64,000 bases of DNA from an uncultured delta proteobacterium (GTDB lineage: Bacteria; Desulfobacterota; Desulfuromonadia; Geobacterales; DSM-12255): positions 128,001 to 192,000 of the forward strand of contig CAWBBV010000011.1 of the NCBI GenBank assembly GCA_963787125.1, written 5' to 3'. Below, one piece after another: positions 31,378 through 41,412 of the stretch (positions are counted from its first letter, which is position 1; the number at the start of each line of letters is the position of its first letter). Position numbers and translations under genes: made by a program. The notes below the pieces were generated by a model that made no database searches, had not been told where the DNA came from, and saw only the letters and a program-made list of their open reading frames with translations.

Positions 31378-32126
31378 CCCCCCGTAAACGCCTTTTTGTA
31401 GGACTTATGGGGGTAACCTGCCTCCTGATTGTCGGCATCATCTACCTGGGCTGGTGGATTCCGACAAAAGGTCTTGCCAATATCCACCCGGCTCTCCCCG
31501 GCTATGTCGGCTTCACCTTTGCCATCCTCTCCGGACTTGCCATCCTCGGCACTTTTCTGCTGATTCTGACGACCGCCCTTGGCAAAGACATCTTCTTCAC
31601 CCGCTTCATGCGGCTGGTGGTTATCAAATTCCTGTTACCGGCCATAGAGCTTCTCGGCAGGATTCTGGGGATATCAAAAGATACCATCCGCCAGTCTTTC
31701 GTAGCGATGAACAACAGCCTGGTAGAATCACAGAAGCTGGCCGTAAAACCCGACAATATCCTGATTCTTCTCCCCCACTGCCTGCAGTTGGTAGATTGTG
31801 ATATCAAGGTTACCGGCGGGATAGAAAAGTGTGTGCGCTGCGGCAGATGCGATATCAAAGGTCTGGCCGAACTCGCCGAACGCTTTGCGATAGACATCTC
31901 GGTTGCCACCGGCGGCACTCTGGCAAGAAAAGTAATCGTCGAGAAACGGCCAAAACTGGTCATTGCCGTTGCCTGCGAAAGAGATCTCACCTCAGGCATA
32001 AAAGACTGCTATCCGCTCCCGGTTCTCGGCATTTTCAACGACCGCCCGAACGGACCATGCTTCAACACCCAGGTCGATGTTGCAAAAATCGAGCAGGCTC
32101 TCCTCTCTGTCCTCCCATCACCCTGA
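31374..32126 (+). CDS. DUF116 family membrane protein
   Basis: LLPHCLQ, CVRCGRC, ATGGT, AVACERDL. Confidence 0.85.
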   Translation: MTPRKRLFVGLMGVTCLLIVGIIYLGWWIPTKGLANIHPALPGYVGFTFAILSGLAILGTFLLILTTALGKDIFFTRFMRLVVIKFLLPAIELLGRILGISKDTIRQSFVAMNNSLVESQKLAVKPDNILILLPHCLQLVDCDIKVTGGIEKCVRCGRCDIKGLAELAERFAIDISVATGGTLARKVIVEKRPKLVIAVACERDLTSGIKDCYPLPVLGIFNDRPNGPCFNTQVDVAKIEQALLSVLPSP

Positions 32127-32857
32127 TGGAACCTTTAACACTCCTTCACCGCGACGAAAAAATCGCTGTCTTTAACAAGCCGGCGGGCCTGTTGATTCAC
32201 CGCAGCTACATCGACCGCACTGAAACCCGTTTTGCCCTGCAGATGGCCAGGGACATTCTGGGCCAGCGGGTCTACCCGGTTCACCGCCTCGACAAACCGA
32301 CCTCCGGCGTCCTGCTCTTTGCCCTCTCTCCCGAGGACGCAGCCATACTCACCGCCTCTTTCACTGCCGGCGAAGTGCGCAAGAAATACCTGGGTATCTG
32401 TCGGGGAATCGCGCCGCAGGATAGTGTCATCGACTATCCGCTCAGTGAAGAACAGGATCGCCTTGATCCGTACCGCCAGGAAGGGAAGGAGCCCCAGAGT
32501 GCAATCACCGCCTTCCGCCGTCTGGCCACAGTCGAACTCCCTTTTGCGGTCGGCCGCTACCCCACCAGCCGTTACTCGCTGATCGAAGCCGAACCTCTCA
32601 CCGGCCGTCGTCACCAGATCCGCCGTCACTTAAAGCATATCTTTCATCCGCTGGTCGGCGACGTCAACTACGGCGAAGGCCGCCATAACCGCTTCTTCAG
32701 GGAAGAGATGGGCTGTTCTCGGCTGCTTTTGCATGCCGCTGAACTGACGCTTCCCCATCCGGCGGATGGTCAACCGTTCACTTTCAAAGCGGCGCTAGAC
32801 TCTGATTTCTTGAGAGTCACTAGCTCTCTGGGGTGGAGTGACATGATCTCCTTATAA
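32126..32857 (+). CDS. truC: Pseudouridine synthase (TruC-like)
   Basis: NKPAG, HRLDKPTSG, TGRRHQIRRH, GDVNYG. Confidence 0.85.
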   Translation: MEPLTLLHRDEKIAVFNKPAGLLIHRSYIDRTETRFALQMARDILGQRVYPVHRLDKPTSGVLLFALSPEDAAILTASFTAGEVRKKYLGICRGIAPQDSVIDYPLSEEQDRLDPYRQEGKEPQSAITAFRRLATVELPFAVGRYPTSRYSLIEAEPLTGRRHQIRRHLKHIFHPLVGDVNYGEGRHNRFFREEMGCSRLLLHAAELTLPHPADGQPFTFKAALDSDFLRVTSSLGWSDMISL

Positions 32858-32981
32858 CTCGTCAGAATCGGGACGGATGGGGAGTGAAGGTGGCTAATAG
32901 CATAAAACCGATCCATTGATTTGCTTGACAACGTGACATGAAAACACGATATTATCTTGAGACAAATGGAGGATTTCGCAT

Positions 32982-33221
32982 ATGCAGACTATGACGGTAG
33001 GTCATTTTAAATCACATTTTTCCCAAGTGCTTGATATCGTTCAACATGGCGAGGATGTTGTCATCAGTTACGGCAAGAAGAAAGAAAAGATTGCCGTGCT
33101 GGTCCCCTATGACCGTTATGATGGCAAGCCTCTTCGCGTTCTTGGTCTTTTAGCCGACAAGGCATCGTTTTCAATTGCGCCTGACTTCAAGGTCAGTGAT
33201 GATGAACTGCTGTCGCTATGA
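32982..33221 (+). CDS. Phd/YefM-family antitoxin
   Basis: VGHFKSHFSQVLDIVQHGEDVVI; ATGA overlap with the toxin. Confidence 0.88.
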   Translation: MQTMTVGHFKSHFSQVLDIVQHGEDVVISYGKKKEKIAVLVPYDRYDGKPLRVLGLLADKASFSIAPDFKVSDDELLSL

Positions 33222-33616
33222 ACTGCCTGCTCGACACGCATACCCTCCTCTGGACGCTGTTCGACCCATCCCGTCTCGGCAAAAAAGCGGCGGAAAGTAT
33301 CCGCAACCCGGAAGTGACCGTCTCTGTAAGCGTGGTCTCTTTTTGGGAAATCTCTCTCAAATATGCCACCGGCAAACTGGAACTGTCAGGCGTAACCCCG
33401 GATGAATTTCCAGCCATAGTCCGCCAATCCGGGTTCTATATACTTCCTGTTGACGCTGCTGACGCTGCCACCTTCCATCACTTGCCTCGCATGGAACACA
33501 AAGATCCTTTTGACCGTTTGATTATCTGGCAGGCCATCTCCCACAAACTGACACTCATATCCCAGGATAAGGCTTTTGCAGCCTATCGAAAACTTGGGCT
33601 AAAAGTGCTCTGGTAA
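33218..33616 (+). CDS. vapC: PIN-domain toxin
   Basis: LLDTH, SFWEI, HKDPFDR, SQD. Confidence 0.92.
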   Translation: MNCLLDTHTLLWTLFDPSRLGKKAAESIRNPEVTVSVSVVSFWEISLKYATGKLELSGVTPDEFPAIVRQSGFYILPVDAADAATFHHLPRMEHKDPFDRLIIWQAISHKLTLISQDKAFAAYRKLGLKVLW

Positions 33617-33748
33617 CGGGCGCTGCGGGAGAATATACCGCCTGCCGAACATATTATTGAAGTTGAGAAGCGGATCAAGAGCGCACCACCGTTTCTTGAG
33701 CTTGGTGGCAGCGATGCAAAAGGGTTGATTGGGACGGATGGGGAGTGA
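33617..33748 (+). pseudogene. C-terminal remnant of a DinD-like protein
   Basis: ENIPPAEHIIEVEKRIKSAPPFLEL resembles DinD C-termini; no start codon. Confidence 0.55.
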
Positions 33749-33855
33749 AGGGCGGGTGGTTGATCGTGAAGTGGCAATGGTGATGCTGGTGTGCCGGCGG
33801 CTTCATTAACCATCACACCGAAACAACGGAATTTTTTGGAAGCACTATTGTTGTA

Positions 33856-33900
33856 AATCAAAGAGTTAAGCCCGAAATTCTGCTGGCAGAATTTCGGGCT
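33856..33900. promoter_or_regulatory. IHF-consensus site adjoining a perfect 15-bp inverted repeat
   Basis: AATCAA-AGAG-TTA (33856-33868); agcccgaaattctgc-tg-gcagaatttcgggct (33869-33900). Confidence 0.6.
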
Positions 33901-34030
33901 GTTTAATAAAGTGACGTCTGTTGATGCGAAATTTGTAACACCTGTTCGTAACGATGGAAGCGATGCATGAGTAATAACCAGGATGCTACATTAACGGCAA
34001 ACAGAACTTTGCTGTATGTAATTAGAAAAC

Positions 34031-34059
34031 TTGTATTTGGGTAAATTTATTTATACATT
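34031..34059 (+). promoter_or_regulatory. Sigma-70-like promoter, probably leaderless
   Basis: TTGTAT-17 nt-TACATT, 6 nt before ATG 34066; no RBS. Confidence 0.5.
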
Positions 34060-34225
34060 GCCGCCATGAAAAAGATACTAATTGCCTGGCTGGGCAAAAC
34101 CGATATTCGCGCAATTACTGAATCCGACTCAGTCGGCCTTGGCCCCTGTCAAGGACCAGGTTAATTTGCCACCCCCAGGATCAAAGTTATTTGCCACTTT
34201 AGGATTTTCAGGGGTAGCGTTGTAG

Positions 34226-34978
34226 TTAATCTGCTGACGGTTTTTGAGGTCTTGTTTTCTTTCTAAATGACTCTCCTTTCATAGCAATGTGATGAGCCCG
34301 GTGTGCCAGTCGGTCCATTGCCGAATTGGCCATCACCTGATCCGGGAAGAGCGACAGCCAGTCACCTGGCGGACGGTTTGAAGTGATAATTATAGAGCCT
34401 CGCTGGTGGCGTTCGGCAATGATTTCATAGAACTCCTCAGCCTGTGGCATGGTCATGGCGCTGAGGCCGAAGTCGTCAATTATCAGAAGGTCCGGAGCGA
34501 GGAGTTTTCTCAAGGCTTTCTCCCAAGTGCCGTCAGCCCTTGCTGTGTTGAGGTTTCGAAACAGCTTGGTTCCCTTGATAAACAGGGTGGAATGACCGAT
34601 GCGACATGCCCGGTTGCCCAGTGCCTGAGCAAGGTGGGTCTTGCCGACTCCTGGCGGGCCGTAAAGAATCACATGCTCTTTTTTCCTGATGAACAGACCG
34701 GTCGCTAGATCCTTGATGGCCGCCACATTGACCCCGGTCAACTGGGCGAACTGAAACTCTTCGATACACTTCGGCTCTTCAAAGGAAGCTTTCTTAAGCC
34801 GCTGATTAAGGGTATTCGCTTCCCGGCGTTCAGTCTCATCCTGAACAATCAGTTCCATAAACTCCAGATAACCGAGATTGTTGCTTCGTGCCTGCTCAAG
34901 CCGCAGGTCCAGTGATTCGAGAATGCCGGAGAGTCTGAGCAGCTTCAAGCGGGACGTTAGTAGTGGGGAGATGCTCAT
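34226..34978 (-). CDS. istB: IS21 helper ATPase
   Basis: GPPGVGKTH, LLIIDDFG, TSNR, DRLAH; ATGA overlap with istA. Confidence 0.95.
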   Translation of the reverse strand: MSISPLLTSRLKLLRLSGILESLDLRLEQARSNNLGYLEFMELIVQDETERREANTLNQRLKKASFEEPKCIEEFQFAQLTGVNVAAIKDLATGLFIRKKEHVILYGPPGVGKTHLAQALGNRACRIGHSTLFIKGTKLFRNLNTARADGTWEKALRKLLAPDLLIIDDFGLSAMTMPQAEEFYEIIAERHQRGSIIITSNRPPGDWLSLFPDQVMANSAMDRLAHRAHHIAMKGESFRKKTRPQKPSAD

Positions 34979-36525
34979 GCTGCCACCTCCCCGAAACTGG
35001 TTGCCGGATGCAGGCACTGTTCACCTTCAGTGGAAATGGCCGGGACGGTCGGCAACTCCTGTTGCCTGGGGATACCGTTCTCCAGAATCCTTTGCAGGCT
35101 CTGTCTTGATGTGGAGCCAAAAGAGAGCAGATGCCGGCAGGCATCATTGAGTTTGGCAGCACCATACTTATCGGCAAATCTGAGGACTGCCTGAGCCTTG
35201 CGTAGATTCTGGAGAGAGTGAGGTTCCAGAACTTCTCGCACCATGCGGCCCACATCTTCGCCGAATGTCTCAGCCTGCTGGCGGCACCAGGTGGGGTGAG
35301 CAAAAAGAAACGCCTTGGCTTTTTCCGGATAATCGTTTTCGTCTGTACGCCATGTGCCGGGTTTGTGTGCCCGAACATGGCACTTGATCAACTCTCCCTC
35401 AAGGAAGATCTCGGTCAAGCGGAAGGTGCCCCGCGCCCAGACTTTTTTGCCCACATATCTGGTCGGAACAGAATAGTAGCTCTTGTCAAAGACCAGATGG
35501 TGATCAGGGTGAACTGTGCACTCTTTCCAGAGTGGGGTCTCGAACCTGCTGCCCGGCAAAGGGATAAGGGTGTTCTTCTCGTCCCGCTCAAAGCGCAGCA
35601 GCGGTTCTTCTTTAGTGGTGCCGTGCTTTTCCTTGCCAATGCCGGTTAGTGACCAGGCAAGCGCCTTTTCGTTGGCGTCGGCAAGATCCTGATACTGCCG
35701 CCCGGCAGCCAGCTGCTGCCGCACCGTGGGCATGGAGCGCTCAACTTTCCCTTTGTGCTCCGGAGTTCTCACTTTGGCCGGATCGGCAACAAAGCCGTAA
35801 TGCCGCTCTAGTTCTGCATACGCCCGGTTGATGATCGGGTCATACAGGTCGGCTTTGACAACACCAGCCTTGAGGTTGTCCAAAAGGACGGTTCTGGGGC
35901 AACCGCCAAAGAATTCAAAGGCCCGGATATGACAGTCAAGCCAGTTCGTTGTGTCCTGGCGTTCAACGAAGCGGACAAAGCGATGGCGACTGTAAGAAAG
36001 GGTCATGACAAAGGCCCAGACCCTCTTCTTCTGGTCACCCAGAGTAAGGGCTACCTGACCAAAGTCAACCTGGGCCTGTTCTCCGGCGGATGTTTCCAAC
36101 CGGACAGTTACTCTCTGGGAATTATCCGGTTTAAGCTTTTTTACGTATCGTTTGAGACTGGAGTAGTTGAAAGGGTAGCCCTGTTCTTCAAGTAGGCGAC
36201 AGATCTGCTTGGCAGTCATATTCGGCTCATCGAGCCAGCTGATTATCTGCTCTTTGTGCAGGCCTATGACCTCCTGCACCGCACCGACAGCAGATGAAGC
36301 AGGTTTGGCTGCCTTGGCTACTGCGGCCATGACGTTCTCCGCAATGGCAGCGGGTGTTTCACCATCTTCTCTGGTAAGACCGGCAGCCTTTGCCGCGTCA
36401 AGATACTTTCTGACGGTTGGCCGGGAAATGCCGAGACTTCTGGCAATTTGACTATTGTTCTGCCCTTTTTGCCAGTGATAGACAACTTCGTTCAATTCGA
36501 TCATGGGGATTCTCCTTCGCGACAT
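34975..36525 (-). CDS. istA: IS21 DDE transposase
   Basis: N-terminal HTH; GEQAQVDFG, DNLKAGV, KGKVER, YSVP. Confidence 0.96.
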   Translation of the reverse strand: MSRRRIPMIELNEVVYHWQKGQNNSQIARSLGISRPTVRKYLDAAKAAGLTREDGETPAAIAENVMAAVAKAAKPASSAVGAVQEVIGLHKEQIISWLDEPNMTAKQICRLLEEQGYPFNYSSLKRYVKKLKPDNSQRVTVRLETSAGEQAQVDFGQVALTLGDQKKRVWAFVMTLSYSRHRFVRFVERQDTTNWLDCHIRAFEFFGGCPRTVLLDNLKAGVVKADLYDPIINRAYAELERHYGFVADPAKVRTPEHKGKVERSMPTVRQQLAAGRQYQDLADANEKALAWSLTGIGKEKHGTTKEEPLLRFERDEKNTLIPLPGSRFETPLWKECTVHPDHHLVFDKSYYSVPTRYVGKKVWARGTFRLTEIFLEGELIKCHVRAHKPGTWRTDENDYPEKAKAFLFAHPTWCRQQAETFGEDVGRMVREVLEPHSLQNLRKAQAVLRFADKYGAAKLNDACRHLLSFGSTSRQSLQRILENGIPRQQELPTVPAISTEGEQCLHPATSFGEVAA

Positions 36526-38170
36526 AGCAGCTCCTGTCTGGAAATAATTCCATGCAGAATACTGTCATGCTGGTTGGCTCCCCTAAAAAATCCAAAGTGG
36601 CAAATAACTCTGGTCCCGGTATCGACTAAACTGGCAAATTAAGTTGACCCAGGGGGTGGCAAATAACTTTGGTCACACCTTGTCTAAAGTGGAAATTTAC
36701 CATGGTCCTCGACAGCCCCATTGCCCAGGCCCTACTCTGGCAGAAGTTCGACTCCCTGGAGCTCATCAGCGACGCCACGGACACGGAAGTCAGCGACTAT
36801 TGCCGCTGGCTCAAAACTATTGCCCATACACCAGTAATCATCCACCCCGTTCAATTAAGCAGCCCCACCGATTTCAGTGACATTTACACCGCTGCGGTCA
36901 AGTGCATCACTGACGCGCAGAAGACTCACGGCCCACAGGCAGCGCTTTACTATCATTTGAGCCCAGGCACCCCAGCCATGGCTCAGGTCTGGGTTTTGCT
37001 GGCCAAGACTATTTATCCGGCCGAACTGATTCAGTCGTCACGAGAGCAGGGTGTGCAACTCGCCCACATCCCCTTTGACATAGCAGCGGAATTTATCCCG
37101 CAGATCGACCGGCACCGCGATCTGCAATTAAGCGGCATGATTGCTGCCCTGCCTCCAGAGGCCCCCGAATTTACCGACATCCTTTATCGCAGTCCCCAGA
37201 TGGAGCGTGTGATTGCTAAAGCAAGACTGGCCGCAGCCAGAACTGTTCCGGTGCTGGTTGAGGGTGAATCCGGCACAGGCAAGGAACTGCTGGCCCGCGC
37301 CATCCACCGGGCCAGCCCGCGAGCGGGCAAACCTTTCATCGCCGTCAACTGCGGTGCTATACCGGCGGAGCTGGTCGAGTCGGAATTTTTCGGTCACAGG
37401 AAAGGAGCCTTTACCGGCGCGGCGACCGACCGTAAAGGGTATTTTGAAGCGGCAACCAGCGGCACACTCTTCCTGGACGAAATCGGCGAGCTTCCGCTTT
37501 CCGCTCAGGTCAAGATTTTGAGGGCATTACAGGAAGGTGAAGTGACGCGGGTTGGCGACTCGCAGCCGGTTCAGGTTGACGTCAGAATTGTTACTGCCAC
37601 CAATCGTTCATTAATTGAAGAGGTTGCTGCCGGACGTTTCCGTGCCGACCTCTTCTATCGCCTGGCAGTAGCAGTGCTGCACATCCCGCCGCTACGCGAG
37701 CGGCAGGGGGACATGGGACTGCTGATCGATCATTTCCTTGAGGGGGCAGATGATATTGACCATGTCCCCCGGAAGAAACTTTCTGCCGGTGCAAAAAACC
37801 TTCTCCTCTGCCACCCCTGGCCCGGTAATGTCCGCGAACTGCTCAACACCCTGCGCCGGGCGACCGTCTGGACGACTGCAGACACCATTCAGACTGAAGA
37901 TATCCGCGAAGCGCTGTTCCCGGTGACAGTGCAGCCGACTGCGCATGTCCTGAACCGGAGCATCGCTGAAGGCTTTAATATTCAGGAAGTCTTGAGTGAG
38001 GTAGCCCGGCATTACCTGCAGCGGGGGATGACTGAGTGCGGAGGGATCAAGTCTAAAGCCGCCAAACTGCTCGGGTTGCCGAACTATCAGACGCTGACGA
38101 ACTGGCTGCAGAAACATGGGCTGGAATAGCGGAGATTGACAATATACCCGAAAAAGGGATATAAACAGAT

Positions 38171-38449
38171 ATGAACTGGACAGTAGAATTTACCAACAAG
38201 ACACGCAAACAGAAAGAAAAACTCCCGGCGCGTGTCCGGGAACTCCTGTTTCAGCTTGTCATGGATATTCAGGCAACCGGTCCGGTTCGCGGCGATTGGC
38301 CAAATTATGCAAAGCTGTCGGACTGTGAGCATCATTGTCATATAAAAAAAGGCCAACCAACGTTTGTTGTCGTTTGGCGCGAAGACAAGGGCAGAATAAG
38401 GTTTGTGGAGGTTTCCTATGCAGGCACACACGAAAGAGCACCTTACTGA
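38171..38449 (+). CDS. RelE/HigB-like toxin (toxin-first TA)
   Basis: GPVRGDWPNYAKL, HHCHIKKG, YAGTHERAPY; overlaps the downstream XRE gene. Confidence 0.75.
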   Translation: MNWTVEFTNKTRKQKEKLPARVRELLFQLVMDIQATGPVRGDWPNYAKLSDCEHHCHIKKGQPTFVVVWREDKGRIRFVEVSYAGTHERAPY

Positions 38450-38768
38450 AGAGATGGTTGAGTTGCGGCTGAAGGTTCACCGCCACAACGTCCCGCTGGT
38501 ACGGCGCTATGTGGAAGCTGTCGAGTCAGAGGAAGAGCGTACTTATACCGTTGCCGAAGTGTTCCCGGAATACATCGGCAAAGAATTACAAGTCGCCTTG
38601 CGGGCGTACCGTACCCGTGAAGCCCTTACCCAGAAACAGCTATCAGCATTAACCGGTATTCCACAGCATCACATCAGCGAGATGGAAAACGGTAAACGCA
38701 GCATTGGCAAGGAGCGGGCTAAGAAACTTGCCGAAGCTCTTCATTGCGACTATCGGCAGCTGTTGTAG
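38418..38768 (+). CDS. XRE-family HTH antitoxin
   Basis: LTQKQLSALTGIPQHHISEMENGKRSIG; GGAGG RBS. Confidence 0.88.
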   Translation: MQAHTKEHLTEEMVELRLKVHRHNVPLVRRYVEAVESEEERTYTVAEVFPEYIGKELQVALRAYRTREALTQKQLSALTGIPQHHISEMENGKRSIGKERAKKLAEALHCDYRQLL

Positions 38769-39170
38769 CAACTTAAACCACCTCTTAATGAAAGGAGCAT
38801 TGTGTCCAGGGAGCGCGACTGGGGGCAGGAGGCTATCGATAAGCTGGGCTGTTATTAAATTGATGCTCGATAAAGTGTAGTGGCAAAGCGACCGACCGGA
38901 TAAAAAGCAAAAATACAGGTTAACAGCTGAATGATATCATGAAGTTATGCGAATCCTGCCGGCAGAACTTTTGAAGTTATTGATGAAGGGCGGCATGATT
39001 CGCCGTGAATTGGTGGAGTAGCTTTTTTAGATTTAAGTCATAGGGGTCTACTCTCGATTCTCGATTCTTCAAACGCCTGAATTTTGTCTTAGCAAATTAT
39101 TATGTAATCATAGCATTTTAAGTTACAGTATCTTTCAGGCGTTTCGCCTTGTGGCAACCGGAGGCAAACC

Positions 39171-40703
39171 ATGCTGACCAGATTGAAAATATCCGGCTTT
39201 AAAAACCTCGTCGATGTGGATGTGAGATTTGGACCATTTACCTGCATCGCCGGGGTTAACGGAGTTGGTAAATCGAACCTGTTCGATGCAATCATGTTCA
39301 TGAGTGCCTTGGCGGACAAACCGTTACTGGACGCAGCAAAGTCGGTGCGTGATGAGGATGGTCGGACTGCAGATATACGCAGCCTGTTTCACCGAGTTGG
39401 AAATGAGTATGCCAAAGAGATGATCTTTGAAGCAGAGATGATCGTCCCTCGAAAAGGGATCGATGATTTGGGACAGGAAGCTGAAGCAAGCATCACGTCT
39501 CTGCGTTATCGTGTAAAAATCGGCTTCAAAGCTGAAAACGGACAAAAATCCGGAGGCATGGAACTGCTGGAAGAAGAGCTTACGCCAATTAAATTGGGTG
39601 ATGGAGCGAAGTGTTTTTTATTTCCCCACAAAGTTTCGACATGGCGTGATAGTGCCGTAAAAGGGAGGAGAAGCGGAGGGCCGTTTATTTCCACGGAATA
39701 TTCCGATAATAAACGAATTATCAAACTTCACCAAGATGGTGGTAGCCGAGGGAACCCACGTTCCATCCTTGCTACCAATTTGCCGCGTACCGTATTGTCC
39801 ACCACCAATGCAGACGAAAACCCGACTGCCCTGATTGCAAAGCGGGAAATGCAATCCTGGCGATTATTGCAATTGGAACCGGCATCCCTTCGTAAGCCTG
39901 ATGATATCTCAGCCCCCACAAAACTCGGCGCTGATGGCTCTCATCTCGCCTCAACGCTTTATCATTTGCCTAAATTGAAGCAATATGCCGACCAAGAAGA
40001 TATCGAGACTGTTGACTCTTCTGTGCGTGTATATGCGCAGGTAGCCAACCGTCTTGCGGACCTTATTTATGATGTGAAGAATATCTCTGTCGATTACGAT
40101 GAAAAGCGGGAATTATTAACAGCTATTGTCACCGGACGTGACGGCACACCGCATTCAGCACGGTCTCTTTCTGACGGCACACTTCGCTTTCTTGCCCTAG
40201 CGGTGCTGGAACTTGATACGGAAGCATCCGGTTTGATCTGTCTGGAAGAACCAGAGAATGGTATTCACCCTGAACGTATTCCGGCTATGCTGAATCTGCT
40301 TCAGGATATTGCCATGGATACGGAGGAACTAGTTGGACTTGATAATCCGCTCCGCCAGATCATCATCAACACCCATTCGCCGGCAGTTGTTGCCCAAATA
40401 CCGGAAGACAGTCTGCTGGTAGCCGAATCCATTGAGTTGAACGAATCAGGTAAACGCTATAAAGCGGTCCGCTTCAGCCCACTTCCGGACACTTGGAGGC
40501 ATAAAAAAGCGACCGGGGAGACATCGGTTGTTTCCAAGGGCAAACTTTTATCGTACTTGAATCCTGTTGCACCAGAGGAACCGGAATCAAACTACTGCGT
40601 TTCTGATCGGAAAAATAATGTTGTTCCTCTGAAGCGTCGTGTCATTGATCGATTGGACATGCAGCCATATCTTCCAAATACTTTGGTAGCGGAACCGAAA
40701 TGA
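39171..40703 (+). CDS. ABC-type (AAA_21-like) ATPase
   Basis: GVNGVGKS, LSDGT signature, LEEPENGIHP, NTHSP. Confidence 0.9.
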   Translation: MLTRLKISGFKNLVDVDVRFGPFTCIAGVNGVGKSNLFDAIMFMSALADKPLLDAAKSVRDEDGRTADIRSLFHRVGNEYAKEMIFEAEMIVPRKGIDDLGQEAEASITSLRYRVKIGFKAENGQKSGGMELLEEELTPIKLGDGAKCFLFPHKVSTWRDSAVKGRRSGGPFISTEYSDNKRIIKLHQDGGSRGNPRSILATNLPRTVLSTTNADENPTALIAKREMQSWRLLQLEPASLRKPDDISAPTKLGADGSHLASTLYHLPKLKQYADQEDIETVDSSVRVYAQVANRLADLIYDVKNISVDYDEKRELLTAIVTGRDGTPHSARSLSDGTLRFLALAVLELDTEASGLICLEEPENGIHPERIPAMLNLLQDIAMDTEELVGLDNPLRQIIINTHSPAVVAQIPEDSLLVAESIELNESGKRYKAVRFSPLPDTWRHKKATGETSVVSKGKLLSYLNPVAPEEPESNYCVSDRKNNVVPLKRRVIDRLDMQPYLPNTLVAEPK

Positions 40704-41338
40704 AGATGCTCCGTTACACCCTTTTGTCCGACGGCAGCTCCGACAGGATGTTGATGCCGATCCTTGACTGGCTGTTGTGTCAGCACTGTGTGGAACACGC
40801 AGTAGAATCCGCTTGGGCCGACCTTGGCAGACTTCCACAGCCGCCGAAGACATTACCGGACAAAATAAGAGTGACACTGGATCTATATCCATGCGACCTT
40901 TTGTTTATTCATCGTGACGCTGAAAAAGTACCTTTTGAAACACGCCATGCCGAGATAACCAAAGCACTTGACGGACTAGAAATACCACCCGCAATTTGCG
41001 TGATTCCGGTCAGGATGCAGGAAGCATGGCTCCTGTTTGACGAGTCGGCATTACGAAGAGCGGCGGGTAACCCGAACGGCAGAAACGATCTGGTTCTCCC
41101 GGATACAAGATCAACGGAAAGCATTCCCGACCCCAAGGGGCTTCTCTTCAATATTATCCGTGAGTCGAGCGGTCGCCACGGTGCCAGGCTTAAAAAGTTG
41201 AATCTTCATAAATGCGCATTTCTCGTATCTCAGTCCATTGAAGATTTTTCTCCCCTCCGGTCAATTAAATCATTTCAGGCCTTGGAAGCTCAGCTCAAAA
41301 ATGATCTTGTCGCCAATGGATGGACGTCTGGTTCATAA
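40700..41338 (+). CDS. DUF4276/TOPRIM-like protein coupled to the ATPase
   Basis: LSDGSSD, FIHRDAE, PVRMQEAWLL, DPK; ATGA overlap. Confidence 0.65.
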   Translation: MKMLRYTLLSDGSSDRMLMPILDWLLCQHCVEHAVESAWADLGRLPQPPKTLPDKIRVTLDLYPCDLLFIHRDAEKVPFETRHAEITKALDGLEIPPAICVIPVRMQEAWLLFDESALRRAAGNPNGRNDLVLPDTRSTESIPDPKGLLFNIIRESSGRHGARLKKLNLHKCAFLVSQSIEDFSPLRSIKSFQALEAQLKNDLVANGWTSGS

Positions 41339-41412
41339 CCGATGTTCTTCTGACTTTGTTCCTTAACCGCAACCGTTAATTTTAACACTACTGTCTGTGA
41401 AGAACTATATCC

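Larger units (their letters stand above)
32870..33751 (+). repeat. 21-bp direct repeat flanking the Phd/VapC module
   Basis: gggacggatggggagtgaagg at 32870-32890 and at 33731-33751. Confidence 0.85.
34147..36714 (-). mobile_element. IS21-family insertion sequence, 2568 bp
   Basis: TGTC..GACA ends, imperfect terminal inverted repeats, several subterminal tggcaaat repeats, GCCCC duplication at 34142-34146/36715-36719, istA+istB. Confidence 0.97.
34066..38129 (+). pseudogene. RtcR/CARF-like sigma-54-dependent activator split by IS21 (parts 34066-34146 and 36720-38129; 496 aa when rejoined)
   Basis: MKKILIAWLGKTD...VGLGP joins in frame to IAQALL; HLSPGTPAM, GESGTGKE, GAFTGA, FLDEIGE, C-terminal HTH. 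Confidence 0.9.

Noticed and set aside
31829..32125. 99-aa N-terminal extension of truC
   Set aside because: Overlaps DUF116 in another frame; ATG 32126 coupled to the upstream stop fits the family
36669..36719. ORF-track N-terminus of the sigma-54 activator
   Set aside because: Derived from the IS21 end; the native start is 34066
38881..38934. PDKKQKYRLT micro-frame resembling Fic/RecG-like C-terminal tails
   Set aside because: Only 17 codons; too short to call a pseudogene
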